From Catajapyx aquilonaris (taxonomy: Eukaryota), in the NCBI GenBank assembly GCA_000934665.2, contig JYFJ02005024.1, positions 1 through 43,074 on the forward strand: DNA of 43,074 nt, in the 5' to 3' direction. The position numbers and the translations under genes were made by a program. Positions within the stretch are counted from its first letter, which is position 1; each line of letters starts with the position of its first letter. The notes under the pieces were generated by a model that ran no database searches, had not been told where the DNA came from, and saw nothing but the letters and a program-made list of their open reading frames with translations. This document shows, one piece after another, positions 1-11,121 of the stretch.

Positions 1-2
1 CT

Positions 3-216
3 GTCCATCTACATGAAGCTGATTTAGATGACACCACTCATGAAGAAGACACTTCAGATGACAGCAACATCCAAGACCATGAGAGCCGAAGTGACCAAGA
101 CCCCAGAAGTTCGGACCTAAACGCTCACAGTCACTTGGTCACCTATCACCTGATCGACAATCTGGTAGTGGACATCCAACTGACCTCCACTGCTAAGATG
201 GACAGTCACAAAGACT
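3..216 (+). CDS. 3' end of an upstream gene (D/H/S-rich acidic C-terminal tail), partial
   Basis: Frame 3 is open from the window start (VHLHEADLDDTTHEEDTSDDSNIQDHESRSDQD...KMDSHKD) to TGA at 214-216. AATAAA follows at 311-316. Confidence 0.5.
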
Positions 217-468
217 GAACAACTTTTAGGACAAGCTTTAAAATTGAGAGTACGACCGGTACACTGTATACCTTCATGACCCTTGGGTTGTTGAAACACA
301 AGTACACAACAATAAATTATAGTGCTTGATACTTTCTGTTCCTTTGACAACAGTTGCTGAGCAACACTGACACTGGTAACCCATGAGTTTGTTGACACTA
401 GTTCATTCGCACCTCCAGACCAGTCGTGTTTACACGTGTTTGGAACGAATCTCCTTCTAACAGTGAGT

Positions 469-1712
469 ATGGTGAAGACACCCAAAGAGGACAACCGGAT
501 AGACGGGTTCGCCCTGTACGAGGCTGCCCTGGTGGAGAGGGTGGCCATGCGAGCCCTCCAGTCAGACCAGAAGGGACAGGATGGGATGAAGATAGCCAAG
601 GCGGGCTGGAGGGACATGGAGTCTGACCTGAAGGGATACTGGCAGAGGAAGGCTGACCTCAACCTGATCAAGGTGGAGAGGCAGAGGGCTGTCTGGGAGA
701 CCAGTGATCACACGGGACGCCCCGTAGCTCCAGAGTTTGTCCTGTACTACATGGATGTCAGACAGGTCAGGGCATTGGTACCATTACTGTTTAGGAAATC
801 CATAGCAACCATTGTCACTTACTCACCGCAGGCCATCACATCTGAGTTCAGGAAGGGAAACCCCAATGAGTGGATTGCCGTTGCCCTGCAGAGGTGGAAG
901 AAGCTTCCTGCCAGTCGTGTGGAGGAATACCAGCATGAGGCTCGGGCACATCCGGAGTACTTTGTTGTACCGACTGGTCCCACGAAGGTAAGCCAACTTG
1001 TATTCCAACCAAGTGGGTATTACGCATGTGCTGCTTCCAGGAGGTGTACATGCAGTTGTGCAGGAGTGGGGTGTTGGACATCCTGAACAACCAGCGCATT
1101 GTGTCGGGCCAGAAGAGGAGGCTTCAACTCCGGGAGGAGAATAGGACTCAGGAGAGGCAGGCAGAAGCTCTCAGCAGGAAGGCCTCGAAGACTATCATGC
1201 GTGTGAGGACTCAGGATCGTCCAGTGAAGGCCGATAAGCCTAAACGCAACAAGGGTCCCTGGCACCCACCTGCCAAAACGCCCATTGTTCCTCCACTGAC
1301 CATGAGGCTGCGTCAACGTATGCAGCAGGCGCTGGAGGATGTGCAGGACAATGGGCAAATTGAGGATGTTCCTCACCCCTACCATGTCAGTAGCAGTCAA
1401 GAGCCTGACATCAATGATGGTCAGGAGGTCAGCAGTGAGGACGAGGAGTCTAGTGATGACCACGAAGATGATGAGGACACTGTTGAAAATGTGAATGGGG
1501 ATGTCCAGGATGTTGATGTTGGTGATGTGCCTGACGCCGATGTGAACAATCCAGATGACCATAGCTCGGACACTGAAAATGCAGATGAGGATATGGATGG
1601 TGAGAACCATGGAAGCGGCCTTGACAATCGAGTCAACGATGCGTCAGACACCGACAACACTGAGTACCCCGGAGAAAATGTTGAGCTGCACCTGGAGGAT
1701 CTCCACTTTTAA
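469..1712 (+). CDS. Divergent tandem HMG-box protein with basic linker and acidic tail (~374 aa). Exons 469-765, 832-987, 1041-1712
   Basis: Two phase-0 GT-AG introns, 766-831 (66 nt) and 988-1040 (53 nt), join the ORFs. Box 1 GFALYEAALVERV...MKIAKAGWRDMESDLKGYWQRKA and spliced box 2 PVAPEFVLYYMDVRQ/AITSEFRKGNPNEWIAVALQRWKKLPASRVEEYQHEAR fit the HMG-box consensus. An R/K-rich segment and a D/E-rich tail follow. AATAAA at ~1784. Confidence 0.7.
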
Positions 1713-2265
1713 ATTGAGTTTACCAAAATGTGACAACAATTTTGAGGACAAAAAAACCGCTACACATGTAGCATAATTACAACAATAAAAATCTGATTGA
1801 AATTCTTCAGTGTAACTTTCAAAATAAGGAAGCGTTTACAGGGCTCCGTAGGTTTGCATTATTATTCTCTACACATGCGGTTATGCAACGCAATACGTGC
1901 CACTCAGCATGTTGTCAACAGCTAGTAACCACGGTGAGAAAGACCAGCTCTGAAATGAAAGTACGTAATAATCACAATGAGATGACAATTTGTTGTGCAA
2001 TTCACCTCCTGGAAATCTGCAAACAATTGCGATTGGTACAGCCAGCTCCGCTCAGACACTGATTAGTCACGCCTACCCATTGTGTCATTTCCTGGCATCG
2101 TCTTACAGCTCCGAAGAAAAAAGACAATAAAGCGATAAAGAGGAGAGTATCTTGAGGTCAGCCCGGTTAATTTCTGGCTGCGTGTGCAGACAGTGATAAG
2201 CGTGACACTTTCCTTATTCCCTGCCGAGAGTGAAGAACCTGCGCCTTACGGTTCCAACATTCAAC

Positions 2266-2711
2266 ATGGCCGAATCCAACGCAAAGCCTGAGGCTGTGCC
2301 CACACTGGACCTTTTCACTGACACGAACCAGATCATCTCGGTGGTAAGCTAAATACGACATATCCACACATCACATGCTGGTTCCAAACGTTCTCTCCGT
2401 AGCATCCTTGGGAGCCCTCCTACACAACGTACATGGCTCATTACCAGAACAACCCTGGAGAATTCAAGGTAACATACTGCGAGCAAGAGGGCATCACGGC
2501 CTACTTCTTCATGCCGTCCGGATTCCAGCTCATGGAAATGGTGTGGCAGTTCAGATGGGTCGGAGTGCACGAGCTGGAGAAGCTCCTCCTCACCACTTTT
2601 GTCGACTGGTCCTCCCGACTGTTCGTCTGCCCAAGAGTGTCCACCCGTGATCCCCTGCCATTCCCAAATCACTGGCAGGTGGCCGAGTTCGGGTGCAAGT
2701 GCGGAATTTGA
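2266..2711 (+). CDS. Uncharacterised 128-aa protein. Exons 2266-2343, 2403-2711
   Basis: CAAC-ATG-G start context. A 59-nt phase-0 intron (GTAAGC...ttctctccgtAG) joins MAESNAKPEAVPTLDLFTDTNQIISV in frame to HPWEPSYTTYMAHYQNN...FGCKCGI*. Codons look coding-like and AATAAA lies at ~2750. Confidence 0.65.
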
Positions 2712-2984
2712 AGAAGATGCTAATTTGTAAGATGTATTTCACAAATAGAAATAAAATATGATTGTATAACAATGGGAGGAGAGGGTGCAAAACTAATAAC
2801 AAAAATTAAATATTCTTACAAAAGTGTTTGTACTACATTCTTATAAACATAATGGCTGGTTGCTCAGTAGCTGACGAATAGCATCATTCCTGGTCAATCG
2901 CAATGTGTGTAGAATGACTAGAATGAAAATAAATCAATGAGTTTCCCGCAACAGTGTAGCAGTCTTTACTACGACACACCTCGT

Positions 2985-5900
2985 TCATTTTTTGGTTGGT
3001 CGCTTCCTGGCCTGCGTCTCGCTTTCCTTTCTGCCTGTTTTCCTCCTCTTGCTCTTCTTCCTCTTGCATTCATCATCCTCCTCCTCCTCCTCCTCCGAAT
3101 CTTCTGTGTTTCCGCCGCTTCCTCCCTTCTGCACCTTTTCAGATACTTTCTGTGCAAGGCTTGGTGGCAAAACTTGGCTGATCTCATCCCCAAAGCTGGG
3201 CCTTGAGCTGGCTCCTGGAGCAGGTGTACTTCCCAATCTGAAAAAAATGTAATACGTGATACGGGAAACTCCAGTTCTGTGCCTCGCAAATATCGTGACT
3301 AGTTCTTTGCCTTGAACTCAACAGTGGGGTATGGGATCCTCCCCTAGCCTGGCACATACGACCTACCTGAGGGAAGCTCGCTGGCGACCGTGACCTGTTG
3401 TCACAGAGGCTGGTGGAGGCAGAGGTGGCCTCTTGAACCTGGTGCTGTCACCAAAGAGCTCATCGGAATCGTCGCCGCTTTCCGGATCACTCTCAACTGG
3501 AGTCTTCTTTGATTGCCTGGATTTTCCCTTTTTGCGGGATGACGTAGGCGACGGATCCTTGGCTGACTTCGAGCTAACCTTCTGGTTCTTGCTGCTCTCT
3601 CCAGATGGGCCCTCTTGAGGATCAGCCAAATCGCCAGATGCCTCCTTCTGCGAGTCTCCTTGTGAATCGGGGGGAGGCTGCGATGCATTTTCCTCCGCAG
3701 CTGGCACAGACCTTCAAGGCAAGCACAGATTAACAAACTAGTCCTAGCAAATATTAGTAACTGTCAAGAGAGTACCAACCTGAGATCAAACTCAACCTCA
3801 GCAGCGAGTTGGCAGTCTGCAGCCAGCAATTCTTGTACCTCTGTCTTATAGTCCTGCGCAATCTCCTTGAGGCATTGCAGCACACTGGTCACAAGGTATG
3901 GCCTGCCCTCGACTTTCTTCTTCAGTTCCACAATGATAGGGATCACGTTTTCCAGCATGTTTCGCTTAACCACGTGAGACAACACAGTCTGCCGCACTGC
4001 TGCTACCAGAGCATTCTCTTCGTTTCCATCCTCTCCGGCTCCGCCGTCTTCAGAGTTGTTATGACGGGCATGCTTCAGGGTGGACAGCTTTATCTCCTCA
4101 GAGCACAAGATCCAAAGGGCATCCTGGTAAAGAAACAATTAGGATTCAAGTTAGCGGAACACTAGCATTCAAATGCTGCTACCAACCTGCAAGACGGTCA
4201 CTCCAGTGTCATTGAGATCAACTTTGCTCTCAAGCACGCCCTTAAGTATCTCTGTACACAACTTGTAGGTGAGTGTGAAGCGTTCCAGGTCATCCATCCT
4301 CTCCATCATAAATCGGTAGATAGTCTTACGCCGCTCGATGTTCTCCTCGCCCCCACAGTAAAACAGCCGCAGCTCAGCCTCCGTCTGGTAAAAGCGATTG
4401 TACTTCTCATGGCCGACGTACCCATTCAGGTGAAACAAACATTCAATGATGTGCTGTTTCACTATGTCTGGCTGGCGAGCCAGCAGACGGTGCGTCAGGT
4501 AGAAAGTCACCAGGTTTTGCAACCTTGGACTCTCGTCATTCAGGACCTGGTTAAACAAAAGGTGTTCAACTTATCCCAAGATATGTTTAATCGTAGCATG
4601 AACAAACCTGCAAGAGGTGATAGAAGGTGACCCCTCTGAGTTTCAGATAATCCTCCTGCAACAACCTGATGAGGTGGATGAGTGTGGTCTTTCTAACTAT
4701 CGGCGAGGGATCCTTGAGGCAGACCATCAGTTGGGGCATGATGGGCTCTACCAGTGTTGCGAACCTCACACAAAAATCTGCGAGGATAAAGAGGATGTTG
4801 TTCTTCAGGGGCGGATTAGTGGTGGACCCCAGGAGACGGACAAATGCGGGGAAGATCTTCTTGGCATGAAGTTCGTCCATCAGGCAGAGCTTGCCTAGGG
4901 TCACCACTCCTACTGCCTGCACCTCAGCAGTAGGAATATACCTGGAAAACATACCAAAATAGTAATATCGCATCCAGTAACTGCCGTTAAAAGTCACCAA
5001 CCTGGGTGTCGCACATGAGCCAGACTCTGAGTCCGACATGTTGGGCTGGAAGGTAATCCTCTCGATGGCAAGGAACATCCTGTCGTGCAGTAGCTGCGGA
5101 CAGAGTTGGGCTGCTTCTCCCAGAGTGACTATCTGCCTGCTAAGCGTTTCCTCCTTCACCTGCGTGGACTTGTGAGGTTGTCGGCGGAGGAAGTGGCCAG
5201 TAAGGTAGCGGTCACATCGAGTTATGAGAGGTTGGCACCAACTCTTGCGAACTTGAGGAGCATCTTGTGGGTTCGCAAGTGAAGACTCGTGCAAGTACGT
5301 TGACAGGTCCATGCAGGGGCCTATCAGATCCATTGCGACCATAAACGAGTTAAGTAATTTCTGAAAAATTTCAAAGCATGATTATATTATGCTTGTTATT
5401 GTCGTGCGTATGAGTTGTTACCAGCAGCTTGTCCCTCAGTGTGTCTGAAACCTGCCCCTTGTAGTGCTTGACTGAATTATTAATTACTTCCAACACGTGA
5501 ATGGCAACTCCCACATCACAGCCTTCTGTTCCGATAACAACTTCCTCAAAGTAACTTAGTGCAAAATGAGGGTCCTTGATATCTGTGTACTGGCTGATGT
5601 ACGCTAAGAACATCCAAGCAGAGCGGTTATTCTGGGAAGAGGGTCCCAGGTGACTGCGGAGGATAGGGACCAATGTGGGTTTCAGTGCCCCAGAGGAGGC
5701 CCACAGGCGACACACTTGTCCAAAATGCTTCACCAGGTGGCACTCAACTATTACGTCCAGTAGAAGCCAAGGAAGGTGCTCCTGTGCTGACTGGAAATAA
5801 ACGCAGAAAATTCAGTCGTAATATAAGGGCCTCACAAGCAAAAACTGACCAACCTCTTCTGCTTGTCCCTCCTGCTGTGTGGGCACGGCCTTTCTGAGCT

Positions 5901-8900
5901 TCGCAAGGATGAGGTCACTCATTACTTCCATGACCTTCTCCTGGGCCTTTGACTCTGGGTCGTGTATCCGAGGCAGGATGCCTTCCATGGCCACCCTTGC
6001 CAGACCAGAATGTTCAGGGTACAGCACAACCAGCTCGTTCACCATCTGGATGACCTGCTTCCGAACCAGAAGGGAAGGGTCGCGGCAGTGTTTAAGTAGG
6101 AGGTTCAGGAAGTCGGAACACTCCAGGAAAGCCGGATGGAAGCAGATGAGCTTCTCCAGCAATTGGATTGCAGCCTTACGCACCATCACCTGCAAGCAAT
6201 GATAATTTCAAATAACAACTTTCTTGCACCTAATAATTATTATCTTTACCTTCTCATCTTGAGTCCTCCGCACAACCATTTCCATTAGCGCCTTGCATGT
6301 AGGGAGAGGGTCGAAATCCTCTTCTTCTGATTGAAGATGTGCCGCCATGTCTGGAAGATCTTCAGCAGGGTAGTCTGTACCATCGCGCGACAGAACCTCT
6401 CGAATCAACCCAGACAGTTGTGGATTGCCAGATGACACGCAGTCAGATAAAATCTGAAGTGCTTTAGCTCGTGTTGTAGCTGAAACATCTCTGCAGTGGT
6501 TAATGACTGCTCCCAATAAGAAGCGATGGGAGATTGAGATTCGCAGCTGTTGGGTCGGAGTCATTAACTCTTCGTCACTATTTGTGTTGTCATCCTCTTC
6601 TTCACTATCACCATCCTGGTTAACATTATCATCCGCACCATCACTATTGGTATCCCCTTTGTCAGCACCACCAGGTTCGCCACTTCCTTCCTTGTCATTG
6701 TCTGCTGCATTACCATTACTCTCTTTGCCATTAACACTGCTAGCCATGTTAGCAGTGCTATCCAAACGCTCCTCAGCAAATAAAATTTTGACAATGACCT
6801 CCAGCGAGAAAAGCCTTTCATTTGCACGCTCACTATGTGCCAGTGCAAGCAGCCAGTGCATCGCCTCCTGGTGACCTACAATTGGGAGAGTTGCCATTAA
6901 TTCGACAACAGCCTTGGCACATTTTGTCCTGAAGTCCGCCTTGTCCACAACCCTCACACAAATCTGCTGTATAAGTATCTGGGCAGGAGCATTTCCTCTG
7001 TCCTCCAGAGACCGAACCAGACTGATGACAAATGCAAGAGAATGTTCTCGGACGCAGTTCAGTGCACTTTGTTTGTGAAGGTCATTGCAGGTCATCAGAA
7101 TGCTTGGCAACAGGTGGCGGAACACTCGGGTAGCATTCCGGGCCACATTGCCGTGAAGCTCCCTGCAAAGCTGGATGAGCAGGTCATATGCTTTCTTGGC
7201 TAGCAGTCCCATCAAACTCCTGCGGATCATCTTGGGGTCGTCTGTCTCCAGGTGTGTCAGCTCAACCAATACCTGCATCACAAGTTATGCAAATATGCTG
7301 AACTACTATGCATGAAAGGATCTGCACCAGAATAGATTTCGCCATGACACATGATTTCATCACTCCGCTATGAACATCATGGGTCACAGTAAAACCAATC
7401 TTAGACCAAAGAGACTTTTAAAAGGAAGCTAGTACCTGTATAGCTTGGTCCATGCATTCGGGATGGTGCTTGAGCGAGTAATTACTCAGCAAGGTCGCCA
7501 TCTGCCCCATGACCTTCTTCAATGACTCAACATATTCCTGAACGTCGCCGGCAGAAAACATCTCGACATCATCCTCAGCAGAGGTGTCCATCTTCTTAAG
7601 CTTTCCAGCAAGTTGAAATGCATCCAGTGCCTTCCCAAACAAGACTGGGTGGAACACCTTGAATGCACCTGTGCCCGGTATGGCCAAGGCTGCAAAGTAG
7701 GTCCCCGCTGCAGTCAGGCCAACCAGTCGCTCCTCATGCGATGCTCCGTACAGCTGACCGCGATTCATGAAGCAGAACAAGGCTGCCAACACTGGCTTCA
7801 CAGTTATGCCACTTTCGGCAAGGGTGACCCACAGCACAGAGGGTGGCGCAAACAGGTGGCTTGATGCTTCGGCACACGGTTTGTCCAACTTGATCCATTC
7901 ATGGCAGATCCTGCTAATCTGAAAATGCAATGAAACATTTGTAAATGTACACTTTGGTCACTGCTGATTGCCCTTGAAAAAGCCCAGAATGGAGTACACT
8001 AAACTTCTCTAGTGTCATTCACCCAGCATTCACCCTTGAGTTGTGCTGTGATGGGTTTTGATTGTGGGAGGAAATGGCAGAACCCCCAGAAAACCCACAT
8101 GAACACAGAGAGAAGCCATGGAAACCAGGGGCAATGTAAGTCATACATTAATTAAGTCTTATTATCCATTACTACTCAAAAATTAGTGTCAAATTATGAG
8201 GAATTCCAGTGTACGACTCATAACCAGCGCCGGATTTACGGCAAGGCAACCTAGGGGCCTAGGGCGGCAGATTTCAAGGGACGGCAAAATAGGCATACAA
8301 AAATAGCAAACGAATAATAATAAATAATAAATAATTATGCGACAGGAAGTAGGCTTAGGCACAAGGTTGAGAGTTGAGAGGAGGAAACTCAGGGAGGCAA
8401 AGGCCTGTATCTGCATTCGGTAAGTCCTTGTTTGCTGCTGATGGGATCATAGGACCAGGGCTTCCGCCACTATTTCCTTGATCAGTGTCGAAAGAGTGGG
8501 AGGAAAAGGAGGAAGGAACTGGGAAGGAAGGAAGTTCTCCAGCACTATCTTGGCTCTTCCCAGACTGTCATTGTGCAACTGTTGCATTCAGCTGGCGAAG
8601 GTAGAGTACAGTGCATCGAGTCCAGTGTGTATGTTTTGAGGTTTCCTACTCCGCGCCGCCCCTGTTACAGAACTCAAGGTACACTGAAATATTATTGGTT
8701 TTCCACTCGGGACTACCCCGCTTACTTCAGTATTATCGTGCATTACTAGCCTTGCCCTTGCTTTGTATTGTGCGAATTAGAAAGATGTTGGACAGTATTC
8801 AAACAATATCGGATGTACAGCGATCCAGAAAGATCGAATTTACTAATACTAATCAAATTGTTCTACTGCACATTGGCCATTTCACGTTCATTGTGTCAAT

Positions 8901-10361
8901 TAGCCATGCTGATATACAGATATCCGAAACACTTGGGACAGGAAATGTTTCGGATTTTGAATTTCTTTTGGATTTTGGAATATTTGCATATTTGCATAAT
9001 TATGTATTAGTCTATATAAAATGGGACAACTGACAACTACTTTGGAATTGGATATATTCCTGAACACGATATTCATATACATTTCTGAATAATGAGGGTT
9101 ATACATTAGGCCTAGATGGAGGATAATTTTTTAAATATAATTTGCATACGTACAGATACAGATAATTTTATTATAGTCTACTCCCATGGAATTTTCAATT
9201 TTTTTGGGCCATTCATATTATCAACTCTCAAAAACTTTCAGATTTTGGAATTTTGGATAAAGGATTCTCAACCTTTTTTAGCGTGGAAATATTGACACTG
9301 TACACATGAATATGAAAGAAATCATGAGAGCAATCTGATTCTCAAAGGGAAGGACGATCTTTGTATCCACGGCTTTTGTTGCGAACATTGTGCATGCGAC
9401 GTATAATGTCACTGGGAAGGCGTGGGGTGGGAGGCGGCAGGTTAAGCAGTGCATATGGGCAGCAAATACTAAAATCTGGCACTGCTCATAACCAAACTAT
9501 GTGAATATTTGACTCTGATTTCATCATGTAACCGTCACATGTGTCAACTATTACTCCCTCAATCTCTTTCGTTCTTCTTATGTCAAGAGGGATATTCATT
9601 AAGCCAGGATAATACATGTAGTTAGCAAATGTTTTCAGCAGCGTCATCCTGACTGTTACATTATAGATGAACTGTCATGCTGGTCGACCTCGTTTTATAC
9701 CGACATGCCGCTTTAAGTGAGGTGATACGGTACATCATGCATAAACAATCCAACCAGATGTAGTCTTATTCAGTGGTATAACAAATGTTGTTTCAGGGTG
9801 GTAGCACAGCAGTGTGGCATGACAAACGTTATCCTCGGAGGGACTGCTATACTACAGCTCTTACGATATATCTTCAGAAAACCAGATGTCTGGTTTGATT
9901 TTCACCCAAACACTCCGTTTACTCCTAATAGTGCGGAGTAAGTGTCACATTATGTCTTGTTGGTCCCTCGCAGTTCCCAACGGACCAACATACCTGCTTC
10001 AGTATGTCGTCCAGCGCCCCGTGATCCTCAGCCAGCTCCCACTCTGCCGGGATGTCCTCGCACTCTGTGAAGACCGAGTCCCAGACGAAGGCCACCCACT
10101 GCTCTGAGAAGCACTCCAGGTGCAGGCGCTCGAACACCTCCAGGCTCTGGGCCGAAAGGGTGTCCCTACTCGGCCTCATCCTCTTCCACTCAACCTAGGG
10201 AGACAGAAGGGGCATTAAAAGGAGCGCTGCCATGGGGGTCGCCCCTGGGCCCAAACCACACCTGCCTGGACCCCCACACCAAGTCCTGTCCGACGGTATG
10301 GCTGGCTGGCCGTCCCCTATCCTCTCAGAGTCCAACGTACTTTTTCTGATCCGGCGGCCAT
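2985..10361 (-). CDS. NCAPD3: Condensin-2 complex subunit D3 (CAP-D3, HEAT-repeat protein, ~1475 aa). Exons 10361-10341, 10194-9994, 7918-7436, 7272-6250, 6189-5854, 5790-5422, 5360-5002, 4941-4608, 4546-4187, 4123-3780, 3711-3367, 3237-2985
   Basis: All 11 introns are GT-AG and phase-compatible, giving one ORF. The N-terminus (EQWVAFVWDSVFTECE; LTAAGTYFAALAIPGTGAFKVFHPVLFGK) and the Cnd1-type C-terminal HEAT region (VVTLGKLCL..NNILFILADFCVRFATLVEP..CLKDPSPIVRKTTLIHLIRLLQEDYLK; ENVIPIIVELK..DYKTEVQELLAADCQLAAEVEFDL) match CAP-D3 as recalled. Confidence 0.93.
8050..8120 (-). mobile_element. Degenerate SINE core fragment (V-SINE-like) in CAP-D3 intron 2
   Basis: TGTGGGAGGAAATGGCAGAACCCCCAGAAAACCCACATGAACACAGAGAGAA resembles the recalled reverse complement of the V-SINE core (tgtgggaggaaaccggagcacccggaggaaacccacgcagacacggggagaa). 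Confidence 0.4.
8915..9274. mobile_element. Non-autonomous Tigger/pogo-type DNA transposon (MER46/Tigger4-like) in CAP-D3 intron 2
   Basis: The ends (TATCCGAAACACTTGGGACAGGAAATGTTTCGGATTTTG...GGATTTTGGAATATTTGCAT and CTCAAAAACTTTCAGATTTTGGAATTTTGGATAAAGGATTCTCAACCT) resemble recalled MER46 termini. Confidence 0.55.
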
Positions 10362-10375
10362 CTTTGGGCGGGAAA
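10354..10375 (-). promoter_or_regulatory. E2F site (TTTCCCGCC) directly upstream of a YY1-like motif (AAGATGGCCG) that overlaps the CAP-D3 start codon
   Basis: The minus strand reads TTTCCCGCCCAAAGATGGCCGCC. E2F control is typical of cell-cycle and condensin genes. Confidence 0.6.
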
Positions 10376-10871
10376 GACTAATCGGATTCAGGGTGGCCTC
10401 TATCTCCTAGGGGATGTAGTCCACCCTGATTCTGGGAGGGACTGTTTGAGGGGGTGGGAAAAGGAAATGAGTCAAAAACCGGGAGGCATGACGACCCTGA
10501 TTGACACACCGCTTAATTAATTAGCACCTTTTTAAATACCCGTTTCATAGCGAAGAAGGCACCATTTGATGTAGCGCCATCTTACGACGTTAAAGCATTT
10601 TCAAAAGCGTACGACTGTTCCCACATCTCCTCCGGCATCGTACGGCTTACAGCATTGGGAGTGGTCTACAAATTTTGACAGTGTTTTCTATATTTGCAAG
10701 AAACTTCGGTTTTTTGGAAACAGTGGCGAGGACCTTTGTAAATCTAAAAAAAAGTCGACCGAGGCCTTTCCACGGAATTCCCATTTCTTCCGTTACGGGC
10801 TGGGTGGCGTTACGGACTGAGTGGTGCCGACTCGCTCACTTCTGCACATCACCGTTGGGTGTCGCGGTGCG

Positions 10872-10874
<3 letters not shown>

Positions 10875-10947
<73 letters not shown>
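10875..10947. repeat. (TC)n microsatellite, ~36 units
   Basis: Uninterrupted dinucleotide run. Confidence 0.98.
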
Positions 10948-10951
<4 letters not shown>

Positions 10952-11121
10952 GTCAGACATCTTGCCCCTTTGCCAAATTAGGCAACCTGCTACCTATAGT
11001 TATATGTTTAAACAAGATTAGCAAATCACGCATGATTCGAGTAGACTTTTTTTTATTGCCGAGAAATTGGACAACAGGCCAGTCTCATTTCCGGTTTCCA
11101 AGGACTTCACCTAGGCGGATA

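Noticed and set aside
117..7864. Numerous antisense and alternate-frame ORFs overlapping the HMG and CAP-D3 exons
   Set aside because: They are shadows of real coding exons with no independent support.
8223..8290. hAT-MITE-like end (CAGCGCCGGATTTAC)
   Set aside because: Only one terminus is visible, with no partner TIR or TSD.
8330..8610. Possible LINE 3' fragment with a (TAT)n-like tail in the CAP-D3 intron
   Set aside because: No recognisable reverse transcriptase residues in any frame; evidence is too weak.
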